A stretch of DNA of 64,000 nt from the NCBI GenBank assembly GCA_946965045.2, contig OX337230.1, positions 2,356,001 to 2,420,000 of the forward strand. The letters are read 5' to 3'. The DNA is from Epithemia pelagica. Lineage: Eukaryota; Protista; Bacillariophyta. Each line of letters starts with the position of its first letter. Position 1 is the stretch's first letter. Under the pieces are notes generated by a model. It ran no database searches. It was not told the origin of the DNA and saw nothing but the letters and a program-made list of their open reading frames with translations. Positions 46,033 through 57,249 of this stretch are shown here, in pieces. Made by a program: the position numbers and the translations under genes.

Positions 46033-48117
46033 TTAGTCCTCTTTGCTGTCCGCGGACTTTGGGTCGTCGTCAGTGTCCTCTTTTTCTTCTTCTTGAGTCT
46101 TGACCCAAAAGGCCATCATTTTGGAACTTCCCACAGTGGCCACCGTACTTTCCTTGTCTTCAACATTGTTCCACGAAAAGCTTTGTTTACCGTTCAGGGT
46201 CGTTAGAATTACAGTTTCTCGTTCCAGTTCCAATACCACGTCTGCCCAATCAAATATCGTCGCCAAAGGTGTATCCGAGGAGAACCGTCGCTTCAAACGT
46301 TCTGGTGCTGGAGTCTCTCCTTGCGTAGTATTCGCGGTCAACGAGGCTGAGAGACGCAGAGCAATCGTCTTGACATCGGCCGATGGTTCGGGTTCATCGG
46401 GCAAATCTTGTTCCAACCTTTTTCGTCGTTCCAGTAGGGCTGCTTGTCGTTGCTCTTCTTGCAATTGTCGTTCCTTCTCCAAGGCCTCTTCTTTTTCTTG
46501 TCTTTCTTGTTCTTCGCGATCCGTCTTCGCACTGGAATGATACCCTGCTTTCCGTTCTTGGAACCATTCTATTTCTTGCAATTCCTTTTGCATTTGGACA
46601 TAACGTGCAGCATGTCGTTTCCGCAAGGCATTCATCCACGCGGCCATGATATCGGGTGAAGGTGGTGGGCTGGCATGATGCTGGGCCAAGAGTTTGGGTA
46701 CCAGTCCCCGTCCTCCTCCCGACGTGGGCCGAGCAGCATAGACAGCTGCCAAAATGGGACGTTTCGTCCCTTGACTGTTGGTGATGGAGAGTTTCAAACG
46801 TTTCATGGCGGCCGTGGCTTCGGGAGAACCAGGTAAAGCACTCCATAGGACAAAGGAACCCGTCTGGCCACCCTTGGGTCCACTTTTGCGTGCTTTGCGA
46901 TTGGCCATTCGCGACACGTCCTTACTCAAAAAGGCCGTCAATGCCGCAACGTCGGCAGAAATATGATTGTTGGCTTTCTTGCTGGCCCGTTTGGCTGCTG
47001 GGTGACTAGGGATCAACACCAGCAACAGCCGTGCTTGCGATCGGGCCAGAGCCAAGGCGTCGGACAATGATCCAGAATGTACTATACAGGGTGGCGTTTC
47101 CATGGATTTGCGTGAGACGGCAGAATCCTCCAGCTGGTACGCCTTTTGCAGGTAATCGCCAAAGTCCACCTGTTCTTTGGGTGCTGGAGCCGAGGATGAC
47201 ACTTGCTTGTCGCCAGTTTCGTCGTCATCATTGCTCTCTTCGCTATCTCCCTCCTCCACATCCTGCGGTTTGCCTCGTTTGTGGTTACTGCTCTTGAGTT
47301 GCTTTTTTGTAGTGGATTGCATCTTTATTTTTCGCTCCGGCAAAGGAACTGCAGTAGCCTTGTCCTTTGGTTCATCATCCTCACTGGTTGCCTCTGTTGG
47401 CGAAAAGTCCAAAAGGGCAATGACCATTCGTTCCAGGCCTTTGCCAATTCGACCCAATGTGGGCAAGTCGGCATCCTGTTCGGGCTCTTCCATGAGTGCC
47501 GCATGCAAACATCGTTGCAAGGCTTGACTGGTGACACGAATCACCTGTGTCATGAATTGGACCGTGGACACGGCCGCTTTTTGACTCACCACCAGAATCT
47601 CTTCAATCATGACCTGTGTCGCATCTGTACTGGTCAAGGCCAAGGGAGATTCCTCGTCCTCGTCATCATCTTCTTCTTCGTCGTCGTCTTCCTCCTCGTC
47701 TTCTTCTTCCTCGTCTTCATCATCTTCTTCCTCGTCATCATCGTCTTCCGACCCACCTCTTGGCAACTCCAGTACCGAAAGTATCGGAGGATGCGTGGTG
47801 AACGACTGCATAGCAGTAGATCCATGGGGTGGCATGGGTGGTCGTTGTCGTTGTTGATTCACCCACCCATCCAGCAGTGGTTGCCTTCCTCTCGGAATCG
47901 TGTTGCTTGTCACACTTGTCACTGTGAGCATCATGAGGATGATGGTGGTTGTCAATCGGGAAATGCTGCACCACAGTCGCGGAGCTGCCACCATGTCCCG
48001 ACGATTCGGCACGCCTCCCGATTGTGTGGTTCGCCGCCATGTCGATGAGGTGGAAGCAGCACGAAGGGTTGTTGTCGTTGTCATGGTCGATGTATCATTC
48101 GCTGCTCGCATACTCAT
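46033..48117 (-). CDS. UBX-domain protein (FAF1/FAF2-like: UAS, coiled coil, UBX) with a hydrophobic leader
   Basis: SLSDALALARSQARLLLVLI (UAS-like), long coiled coil, PDEPEP...IALRL...RRFSSDTPLATIFDW (UBX). N-terminal hydrophobic stretch, LPRGG and an acidic tract. Confidence 0.75.
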   Translation of the reverse strand: MSMRAANDTSTMTTTTTLRAASTSSTWRRTTQSGGVPNRRDMVAAPRLWCSISRLTTTIILMMLTVTSVTSNTIPRGRQPLLDGWVNQQRQRPPMPPHGSTAMQSFTTHPPILSVLELPRGGSEDDDDEEEDDEDEEEEDEEEDDDEEEDDDEDEESPLALTSTDATQVMIEEILVVSQKAAVSTVQFMTQVIRVTSQALQRCLHAALMEEPEQDADLPTLGRIGKGLERMVIALLDFSPTEATSEDDEPKDKATAVPLPERKIKMQSTTKKQLKSSNHKRGKPQDVEEGDSEESNDDDETGDKQVSSSAPAPKEQVDFGDYLQKAYQLEDSAVSRKSMETPPCIVHSGSLSDALALARSQARLLLVLIPSHPAAKRASKKANNHISADVAALTAFLSKDVSRMANRKARKSGPKGGQTGSFVLWSALPGSPEATAAMKRLKLSITNSQGTKRPILAAVYAARPTSGGGRGLVPKLLAQHHASPPPSPDIMAAWMNALRKRHAARYVQMQKELQEIEWFQERKAGYHSSAKTDREEQERQEKEEALEKERQLQEEQRQAALLERRKRLEQDLPDEPEPSADVKTIALRLSASLTANTTQGETPAPERLKRRFSSDTPLATIFDWADVVLELERETVILTTLNGKQSFSWNNVEDKESTVATVGSSKMMAFWVKTQEEEKEDTDDDPKSADSKED

Positions 48118-48367
48118 TGTCAACACAAATGTGACAGTCAGTCTCTGATTTCAACAGGATCTCTCCAAGCAAGCAAGATGTTGATTACCTTGCTCTGTCT
48201 TCTTCTTGATGCATATCCATATGATGCGAATGATGGTGTAGTGGCCGATCATACCACATTCCACGTGGCGGATGGAAGATCTCCCCATTCGCGACTGAAT
48301 AAATTTTAGTCGCATTAGGATGGTCAGGAGACGCTTTTCGATCGCATAGAATGAAACTTTCAAAAAA

Positions 48368-50263
48368 ATGACAATGAGAGATGAGAGAGCGTCGAACGAT
48401 CCAGTTTTGTCCTTGACATCATCCTCTTCTTTCTCATCGTCCTTGGTGCAGCATAGAAGACCGCACAATGATGGTGGTTCGAGAAAGAGAGTGGATTCGT
48501 CGGTACGATTCACTTCCGAACCAAAGAACAACAAGCCACTGAGGGATGGGTTCCACACGACAAAGACGACGACCAACACCAAAAAGAATCCAAGACCAAG
48601 GGGACGTAGATGGCGAATGGGACATGTATTCTTTGTGACCCTTTTATTGGTCGTGGGTGGTGTTTTCTTGATTGTCTCGTGGTCTCTGGATCTGAAACAA
48701 CCAGAACCACCTCGTCCTCCCGAGTCGGTCAAGGACATGGTGGACCGAATGATTCGTTTGGCGTCGTCGTCGTCCTCCTTCCCTTTGAACCATGAAGAAC
48801 CACCATCCGCCGACAAAACCAACAATGCATCCTGTGCTCTTTTATTTTATGGCTTGCCTCGAGCCTTTCGACGCATTGTCTTGCCCTCCATTGTTCGAAA
48901 TATTCTCCTCCCCAACGCACGCTACCAGTGTGATGTCTATGTGTATTTCCATGCCTTGACGCAAGAAGACAGTGGTCGATCGGGACAGGGTGGATGTCTG
49001 GACCTCAATGCCGTTTATAGATTGCGATCGGCCGTTTCGTACGTCATGGCACACCACCACCAACAATCTCCACCACCCAAGGGCGATCCATGGCCTCCCT
49101 CCAACAAGGACCAGAACATCACCGTGCCTCCCTCTTCGCCACGAGTGGTGATTGCCAACTTTACCAATGCAGACTTTGCCCAACAACAAGCAGCCGTCTT
49201 GCACAAGATTCGGTCTACAGTAGATCCCACCACCAATTTGAGTCGTTATGTGCCTTGGACGGCTGGATTCACCTTGGAGACGGTGGACAATGTGATTCGT
49301 ATGTACCATGCCATTCAAGGAGTCTGGGAGTTGATGATGAAAAGCACCAACTCCATGACCACAACAACGCCAATAACATCGGCAGACCAAGAATCACGAC
49401 AAGCAAGGGCGAGGACAAGGGCACAGAGCCCCTACGATCGTGTGGCCATTTTTCGTATTGATGTCTTTTATGCGACACCCATTGATATTTTTTACTATGT
49501 GAACCTGTCCTTGTCAACTAATGAAACCACATCAACACCACAACAATACGAAAAAGAGGAGCACCTGATCACAGAGGCTCCAGACTCCAATGCGACAAGC
49601 CCAGGCGTGACAAGGAAACGAATTTATGATGCGGACAATCGCGTGGCTGTGGTACCGGGCTTTGCTCGATATCCGGTGAATGATCGAATGATGTATGGAC
49701 CCTACGAGGCGGTGGAAATTTATTCCAGTCGCCGATTTGACTTGTTGGATCGATTTGTCCAGGAACATGGGCAAGGATTGCATCCCGAAATCTTTTTGGC
49801 CCAAGTCATTTTCCCCGAAATTCGTCGTCGCACCGTATCCTTAGGAGCAAACTTGTCAGTGTCCAGTGGAGGGCCTCAAACCATATCTTCTTCCACATCT
49901 GATAATAACCATCACCTGAATGTCACCGACACTCCCTCTTCTCTTCGACCACAAGAAGGAGCGAGTACTTTTCTCGTTCATGAAGACGCGAGTATTTGCT
50001 TTGTTCGAGCACGTGCCGATGAGTCTGTATGGATCAACGATTGCAAACGCGGGAAACGGTTGCCGGGACTGCCTCGTCCAACAGGCCCCAACATTGTGCA
50101 AGAAACTTTGGATCACTTGCAACAAACCCTCGGTGCGAGCCATTGTACCACGGAAAAATTCAAAAAACGGCTCTCGGCCAATGTAACATACGGTGGTGTT
50201 CTTCAGGCAACCTGCCAAACCAACGATAAGACAAGTGTAGAGTCCTCCTGTTCTCCTCCTTGA
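48368..50263 (+). CDS. Type II membrane protein, glycosyltransferase-like family of unknown function
   Basis: TM anchor, then CALLFYGLPR, CDVYVYFH, YHAIQGVWELM, YDRVAIFRIDV, PVNDRMMYG, ICFVRARAD. Confidence 0.6.
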   Translation: MTMRDERASNDPVLSLTSSSSFSSSLVQHRRPHNDGGSRKRVDSSVRFTSEPKNNKPLRDGFHTTKTTTNTKKNPRPRGRRWRMGHVFFVTLLLVVGGVFLIVSWSLDLKQPEPPRPPESVKDMVDRMIRLASSSSSFPLNHEEPPSADKTNNASCALLFYGLPRAFRRIVLPSIVRNILLPNARYQCDVYVYFHALTQEDSGRSGQGGCLDLNAVYRLRSAVSYVMAHHHQQSPPPKGDPWPPSNKDQNITVPPSSPRVVIANFTNADFAQQQAAVLHKIRSTVDPTTNLSRYVPWTAGFTLETVDNVIRMYHAIQGVWELMMKSTNSMTTTTPITSADQESRQARARTRAQSPYDRVAIFRIDVFYATPIDIFYYVNLSLSTNETTSTPQQYEKEEHLITEAPDSNATSPGVTRKRIYDADNRVAVVPGFARYPVNDRMMYGPYEAVEIYSSRRFDLLDRFVQEHGQGLHPEIFLAQVIFPEIRRRTVSLGANLSVSSGGPQTISSSTSDNNHHLNVTDTPSSLRPQEGASTFLVHEDASICFVRARADESVWINDCKRGKRLPGLPRPTGPNIVQETLDHLQQTLGASHCTTEKFKKRLSANVTYGGVLQATCQTNDKTSVESSCSPP

Positions 50264-50589
50264 CGAGTACTGCACTGAACGAGTAAGCGCACTGTCTCTG
50301 CAACTCGCTGGTACACCTTGTTCAAGAATAAATGCATATCTTGCCTGCTCTGCGCCAGCTAAGGACGTTCTACCAGAGTGAGTGGACAATTTGAAACAAA
50401 ACTTGGAATTCTAGATGGCGTATATGTTACCCGTGCCGAAATAATTCCAAAGGCTGCAGCGTATTGCTCCCCCTGGGACACCAATGAAATTTGTAGCCAA
50501 GGAACAAATTTGTTGCTGACCCTAGTAGGCAACATCGTCTTGGACCTTTTCGATGATGAGGTATTAGAGCGGGTTAAGGTCTTTACTAG

Positions 50590-52035
50590 GTATCGCATTT
50601 TTGGTCAGCTCGAAGCATTCGACGCTTGATAGAATCGCCACAGAAACCATCGTTATCTCCAGATGTGCCACCAATAAACTCCCCGTTCTACCAATCCGCG
50701 GGAATATTCCTATTGCAGTGGACGATTCTCAAGACCCTAGAATTCAATGGCAAACTTTTCTGTCTGGTGGTTCTATTGTATCTCGTGGAAGCCTACACCT
50801 GCAGTACTCGAAGATACTTGACCAATGCCATTCAGAGCCCCAATGAAGTGGAAGAATACCTCGAGCAGCTTCGCCAAGAACCGCCTGTTGTAACTTGGAA
50901 AGTGCGATGTTTTCACTATGCGAGACCCTACTGGTTAGCATTCATATCCACTGCTCGGTCCATCTTCAAAACGATGTTCAGAAGGAAACCAGCACCTGAC
51001 AACAATACACAATTGCTACTACCCAAATCAACCTCCAAACCAAAAGACGACGGAGCCATTGTTGAACGACCGGACGTCTCGGGACCCTTTAAGAGAAAAG
51101 TTGTTAGTCACGAGGCATCTGTCAACTATACGTTTGGAAGTTTTGCCGATGCCACCATTGCTGGTGTTTGGAGGCGGCAACGTTCCGTCCAAAAGGAAGC
51201 CGCTCCCTTTATGAAGCTACTCCTCTCCAAGATTCTCATACTGGCCAACGAAGAGGCCAAGAATGACTATTTCAAGCAGCAGTCCAAGTTTGTTTCGGCC
51301 GAGGGAATGCGAGATCAGTATGCCGAGTATTCGACCAACATTGAAGGTATGCAAGAGACAAGGGTCAATCCGGTGCAGGTGGAGGTGCATGGATGCTGAC
51401 TCTGACCGAATTCAATTGCTTGTGTATGTTCAACCATAGTCCCGGGTTTCAAACGTCGCATGTTGGCCAATCGCCCTGTCGAAGGTGTTGTTTCTGCGAA
51501 AGTCTTTCGACTGAGTACCTTTTGGATATTTACATTCCTCGGACTGAGTCTGCCCTAAAGAATATGGTTTTCAAGGCACTGCGACGCCCTGAGAGTGACA
51601 GTCGTGAAAGAAACATATGCTGCAGAAAAGTCGTCTTCCTTTACCAGTTGGTTTGTTTCTTCCAAAAATAACAACAATTCCCCACCAGTGGCCTTGCCAC
51701 CGACCAGTAGTAAGAGCGCTGAAATGTTTCGTCAGCAGATGCAGACCATGTCACTGTACTCTAGAACCACCATCGGGCAACAATCTACCCCAGTTCCTCT
51801 TGGAGAAACCATGGCTAAAGCCGTGTCACTGGCCGAGACAGCAGTGCCGCCGCCACCGCCGCCAGAGTCCAAGGAGGCAAAGCCTCAAGTTGGTCAACCG
51901 AATGAGCCTACTAATGGGTTGAACGACAATGGGAGTACTGACGGGGCGAATGAAACAGCCACGAAAACGAAGCCTGATGCTGCTCCTCTTCCGGAAGCGG
52001 AAAATGCGGCAAAAGACGACTCAAATCAAGCATAA
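50590..52035 (+). pseudogene. TMEM151-like membrane protein gene; intron 51347-51439, in-frame TAA at 51556-51558, 5' end unresolved
   Basis: LYLVEAY, PPVVTWKVRCFHY, KVVSHEASVNY, ANEEAKNDY, FWIFTFLGLSLP*RIWF...VTVVKE. Confidence 0.65.
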
Positions 52036-52088
52036 TAGCAGATCTCGTCATCGCCGCTACTGCGAAATCTCTCATTCTGCAGTGTTTG

Positions 52089-54770
52089 CTAGCGCTTATT
52101 CGTTCGTTTCCGTTTTGCCGGGGGAGCCTTCTTGGCTGCCAAACTGGTAGCGGCAGCCGAGCGCTTTCCCGTTGTACTCCCCTTCTTGGCTGCAACCGTT
52201 GACATCGAACGCTTCCCTGGTGCACTCCCCTTCTTGCTTGTCCCTGTCGAGTACGAGCGCTTGCCTGTTGCACCTTTCAAATTGATCTTCTCGTGCGGAG
52301 GGTCAGGATCCAGGTTTAGACCATTCAGTGCCACTGACACACGACCGTTGTCGGCGACACTGAGAATATCAACACCAATCTCTTGCCCCACTAGGAGCGA
52401 GGACAAAGACAATCGCCCAAGCTTTGAGCGATGAAGAAGGCCATCGTTCTCACCACCAAAGTCGACAAACGCTCCGAAGTCCACAACATTTCGAATTGTC
52501 GCCACGATGCCGCGCAGGGGACAAGCCTTTCGGAGGGCATCGATGGAGGTACTCACGTTGGAAGGCAGCAGCGAACAAGCGTCGACACTGCCAACGTCCG
52601 TTCCTGGTGACGATGAGGACGAGGAAAGCGCGGACGAGCCAACAATGGACATGTTGCCCCCCAACCGAGGGTCAGGATCGGTGATGGACACAATCAAATG
52701 AGCAATAACCGAATCGACTCGGTCTTTGGACATGCCGTACTTGGAGGCAGCTGCGTCGATAATGTCGCCCCACTGCTCGGACCGAGCTTCTCTAGTCTTT
52801 GGCAGATTGGATTTGCGAATGGACGCTTTGTCGTTGAGATCCCATTTGAACTTTTTGAGGAGATAACGACCCAGGCGGTAGGCCTCGGGATGCACCAATG
52901 TTTCATCCAATGGTTCAACCCCGACCACCTTGATAAAGGCCGCACAATTCTCAAAAGTCTTGGGGCCTAGCCCCGAAACTCGGTCTAGCAAGTCCTTGCG
53001 TGTCTGGAGAGGCCGCGATTCAATGATGCGTTGCGCCAATTTCGAGGTCAACCCAGGAATCTTCTCCAATATCTCTAGGCTGCAAGAATTCCCGTCTACG
53101 CCCACCTCTGCAACGGCGTGGATGGAAGTTATGCGCAGCTTCTCATCCAAGTCAGAGTCCTTGAGATCATGTTGGTACATACCCAAACCCAGGCTTCGAG
53201 GTGGTATCTTGACCAATTCTGGGAGCGGATTCTGGTAGCGCCGTCCAATCGAGACGGCCGCCACAGCAGCGGGTTGTTGCGACGGGAATTCACGGGTCGC
53301 TCCTTCTGTGACACTCCATACACTGGCACCTGCTTCGTTAACGAGCTGAATATCAATGGGAATCCCAGACTTGTCAGATGCTTCTCGAACCAGCTCTCGT
53401 GCTTCTTGACTTCCATGTCCATTTCCCAAGGCCACTGTCACGACCGGCGACTTCATGCCCTTGACCTTCTTTGGCTCGCTTTCTTCTTCTTCTTCTTGAG
53501 CGCTGTAGAGCATTTCCAAGAGGGTAGTGAGAGTTTGGACTCCTGTTTGACGGTTTTGTAGAAACTTGACCGTCACAAGCGAGGCATGTTCATCCTCAAC
53601 AAGCAATTGACCTTGACTGTTCAAGAGACACGCTTTGATCCCAGCTTGGAATCCCGGATCCAAGGCTAGAATAGGGACCGGTTTCTTGAGTGGTGGTGCT
53701 AGCAACGCCTTTTGAAGATTGTCACAAAAGACCACAATACTCTGTTGCTCCGCCTGCGCACACTTGTCTTTCCACAGACGGCTCGTGATTCTCTTTCGGA
53801 GTAGACGTGTCCAGGCCTCCTTGATGGCATCCTTCCAAAGACTTCCGTGATGATGATTGCCGTCTTGTTTTTGTATTCCTTCCTCCAACAGGGACGTTCG
53901 TATTCTGTGTCCCGTTCGGTCATTGTCAATGTCGTACGATAGTTTGAGCGCCTTGTTGTTGACGCCCCTCCGAATGGCCAGAATTTGATGATTTCGAATG
54001 TGCGAAAAGGAAGTCGAGAAATCGTAGTAGGTACTGTACTTTTTGTCATTGTCAGCCTTGTCCTTGTCGGTAGCATCATTGGCGGGACTTGCCTTTGTTG
54101 TTTGGATTCTAGCATGACGGTGGGTGTATTCCAACAAGGCATCGGTGGTTGGAGTGTGGCTGGCGATTTTGTTTGCCAGTAACGTAATGGCAGCCTCCCG
54201 CGGTTTTAACTTGTTTATAACGTCGCCACCGTGTTGCCAGAAGGCTTCGACATGTGCCTTGAGTTGTGGATGTTCTTGCTGAATTCGATCTTCCAGTGAC
54301 CCCTTGGACGGTGGCTTGAAGGGTGCATAAATATCTTCTAGCTCGCTCTTGGAGATGGAGCATTCGATACGCTGCTTGAGGTGGACAGTTGACGTTGTAT
54401 CCTTATCATCATGATCCGTAGTAGCAGCAGTGGTGGGCAACTTGTCGAGTATCTTTGTACGCAGAGACTGTAGGCCATTCCACGCAGTAATCATATCCGA
54501 GAGTTTGTGAACATCTTGAGTGGATAATGGTTGAATGACATCGGCTCGGTACCGACAGACAAAGGGAACCGAAGCCGCGTCTTCCAGCAAAGGCAAGGTC
54601 CTCTTCAGTGCGCTTGTTTTGCTGCTGCCAAACCCATGTTCCCTGGACCACACGGTGGCCAGCTGATTCCAGTTGGGTGGCATTTTCTTCTTGGTCAATG
54701 TCGATTTGGATTTCACGTTGTTGGTGGCAGAGGTAGCAAGGCTGGAAAGGAGGAACCAAGTCTTTCTCAT
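52089..54770 (-). CDS. Tex/YhgF-family (SRBD1-like) protein with HhH and S1 domains
   Basis: SVPFVCRYR, LEDIYAPFKP, LALDPGFQAGIK, VNEAGASVWS, SIGRRYQNPLPELVKI, LGMYQHD, RNVVDFGAFVD. Confidence 0.9.
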   Translation of the reverse strand: MRKTWFLLSSLATSATNNVKSKSTLTKKKMPPNWNQLATVWSREHGFGSSKTSALKRTLPLLEDAASVPFVCRYRADVIQPLSTQDVHKLSDMITAWNGLQSLRTKILDKLPTTAATTDHDDKDTTSTVHLKQRIECSISKSELEDIYAPFKPPSKGSLEDRIQQEHPQLKAHVEAFWQHGGDVINKLKPREAAITLLANKIASHTPTTDALLEYTHRHARIQTTKASPANDATDKDKADNDKKYSTYYDFSTSFSHIRNHQILAIRRGVNNKALKLSYDIDNDRTGHRIRTSLLEEGIQKQDGNHHHGSLWKDAIKEAWTRLLRKRITSRLWKDKCAQAEQQSIVVFCDNLQKALLAPPLKKPVPILALDPGFQAGIKACLLNSQGQLLVEDEHASLVTVKFLQNRQTGVQTLTTLLEMLYSAQEEEEESEPKKVKGMKSPVVTVALGNGHGSQEARELVREASDKSGIPIDIQLVNEAGASVWSVTEGATREFPSQQPAAVAAVSIGRRYQNPLPELVKIPPRSLGLGMYQHDLKDSDLDEKLRITSIHAVAEVGVDGNSCSLEILEKIPGLTSKLAQRIIESRPLQTRKDLLDRVSGLGPKTFENCAAFIKVVGVEPLDETLVHPEAYRLGRYLLKKFKWDLNDKASIRKSNLPKTREARSEQWGDIIDAAASKYGMSKDRVDSVIAHLIVSITDPDPRLGGNMSIVGSSALSSSSSSPGTDVGSVDACSLLPSNVSTSIDALRKACPLRGIVATIRNVVDFGAFVDFGGENDGLLHRSKLGRLSLSSLLVGQEIGVDILSVADNGRVSVALNGLNLDPDPPHEKINLKGATGKRSYSTGTSKKGSAPGKRSMSTVAAKKGSTTGKRSAAATSLAAKKAPPAKRKRTNKR

Positions 54771-55273
54771 CTCATTCTTCTTATTATTGCTATTGTTCTC
54801 GTTATGGACATCTACCTTGTGATCTTCATTGTGGTTGGTGTTTTTTTTTGTGAGAATGACAATCAAAAAGGTAAGTCACGAATACGAATAGGCTCATGAC
54901 TCCTTGCATCAACCGACACAACCGATAACCGATCAATTGTCAATTGTCAGATGGGGCGCGAGGGCCCACTCGGGAACTTAACTTGACGCCGACACACTTT
55001 TCACCCGCCAGAACCTACGGGCACCCACCGAACCCGACCTTACCCAGCGCATAGCAGCCGGTCACGACATTAACGCGGGGCTCCCGCCCCTCGATGCCGC
55101 GGTCATGCTAGACTAAAGTCATAATTCGTCTGAACGTCATGCGATTTGGTGATTTCTGATCGGTTAAAAAAAGGATTTTGGGATTTTGGGATTAACCGTT
55201 TTCCTCCAGTGAGAAAACAACACCCTTCCACTGCGCTGTTACAGTTTATACGTTGTCACTACGATAATCCACC

Positions 55274-56560
55274 ATGGCCACTCACTTCGCCCTTTCTCCC
55301 GCTCACGCCAATGCAAATCAAGTGATCAATTTCACCACAGCAGGAGGAACAAAGTTCTACAAACAGGCAAGGCAACCCATGGATTATATGACAGTGGCAC
55401 CCTCTACGACCTTGACTACGACGGATTGAAGATGTTCCTTTACATTCTCCGAGATCAAATCGTCAAGCAGAACTGGAACTCGGTCTTCCCGATTCCCGAA
55501 GCAATTTCTGCACCAGCTGCCAACCTTCGAATGTTTACTTCTGAAAAGGACGAGTCTCCCTTCAACAAGTCCAAGCCTTTGTTGATCACTATAATGAAGC
55601 AAATTGTCAGAACCAGAACTCATACATGGCTTAGACCTGCATTATGGGATCACTTACCAAAGATGCAAAGGCACAAGTTAACATTCGACGTGAAGATTTT
55701 ATGATTGATGGACACAGTTCCGGTAGTTCTGGTCCTCTGTTTCTTCTTAAGGTCTTCATCTCGCTCGCCCATGTGGATACCAAGGCAACAGTCATGGTAC
55801 TCCGACAACATCTTGCCGACCTCCATATCTATATTATGGACGTGAACACTGACATCGCCAAGTTCAATTTCTATGTGGACGAGACGCTCTATGCCCTCAA
55901 CACACATGGCAAACAAACCCTTGATTACTTCCGAATTTGTTTAAGGCTTACGACACCATCAATGACAATGATTTTCTCGAGTTTATTCGCGGCAAGAAGA
56001 ATACATACGAAGAGGGTGACAATCTGGGATTGACACCGTGCCAACTCATGAGTTTGGCACACACCAAGCACCATGCGTTGGTCGAACAGAAAAAGTGGCA
56101 GGTGCTCTCCGCACGCAACCAGCAGTTACTTGTACTAGAAGCATCCATGAACAAACTCAAGGAAGGCAAACATAAGGCCAGCCAGACTGACCAGAAGAAA
56201 CCGACTACGAAAGGAAAAATGGACAAGTCATTGGACAATGATAAGGCCTCGCTTACAATCGGACTGAAGAACAGACAGCCTGAAACAAAAGACATCAATG
56301 ATAAAACACGGTACTGGTGCAAATGGCACGGAAAGTGGTCTACTAACGACCATATATGTCCAACGGCAATGGGTTTCGTCACCATTGACTATCCATTATC
56401 CAAGTGGAGAGAGAAGAAGTCGTTGAGCACCTGCTTGGCGAACGACATCAAGGAGCTTATTCGATTGGGACCAGGCATCAGGGCTGGGCTGGTCTTGATA
56501 CAGGATGAGGCCATGATGTGTGGAGAAGGCATCATGGTGTCGTTTGGTCGCAAACAGTGA
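55274..56560 (+). mobile_element. Degenerate gag of a second copia (CoDi-type) family, several frameshifts
   Basis: Fragments FALSPAHA, GSLTKDAK, SGPLFLLKV...VDTKAT, DIAKFNFYV, FKAY...FLEFIRGKKNTYEEG, YWCKWHGKW in three frames. No pol or paired LTR recognised. Confidence 0.75.
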
Positions 56561-57249
56561 AAGCTTAGTGCCATTGGGAGTTGAGAGTCACACCCAAGTA
56601 TATTCAACAGGCATTCAAGATCTTAACCCTTTCAGGACTGCCGCTCATTTTTTACAATATTGTCAGTCATTTCCTCTTTTTAATGACTATGCGAGTTACT
56701 TAACTAAAATATTAAACATCTCTCTGGGAGTGTCAATCCAGCTCATACCATATTAGCAAAGTCCATAGGGACCATTCACCAAGGACTCGCACCTCTTTAC
56801 GTTCAAATGGCTTTGCTAGTGCATGATTGTCAACCATGGCATCTTCGCAAGAAACCTCCAAAAACATACAATACAAACACAACACTCTTCTTTCTGAAGC
56901 CAAGTGTCTTTTCATTGATGACGACGACGAGAAGGTATACAAGAAAGTTTGCAAGGCCTCAAGCTCACCGCTTTTTTTAAGCCCTCGGTACACAGTTCGC
57001 CAAAGAGAAGGGACAGCCGATTGATCTCGAAGACATTAACCAGAAGGTAGTGGATCATGATGTGAAAGAAATGATCAAGTCGGACGAGAAGTTGATGAAA
57101 GAATCTTTCCAACCCTCCCAACATGAAGAGTTGGACGGATCAAATACAAAATCTGCCAAGAAGAAAACAATGGATACCAAAAAACTACCTCCACCTTCAC
57201 AGCCTTTCATTCCTCACAACGGTGATGACACCTATGAAGACTGTAGACT

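Noticed and set aside
50378-50629. 83-aa ORF as first exon of the TMEM151-like gene
   Set aside because: Joining it would need a 29-nt intron, too short relative to the 65-150-nt introns seen elsewhere in this window.
276-51558. TAA reassigned to a sense codon
   Set aside because: TAA ends Era, the importin-like gene, the peptidase and Gag-Pol at their expected C-termini, and the three internal TAAs sit at positions that appear to need different residues.
54945-55140. 5' LTR of the decayed copia gag
   Set aside because: It starts TGTCAGA upstream of gag, but there is no second copy, clean end or TSD in the window.
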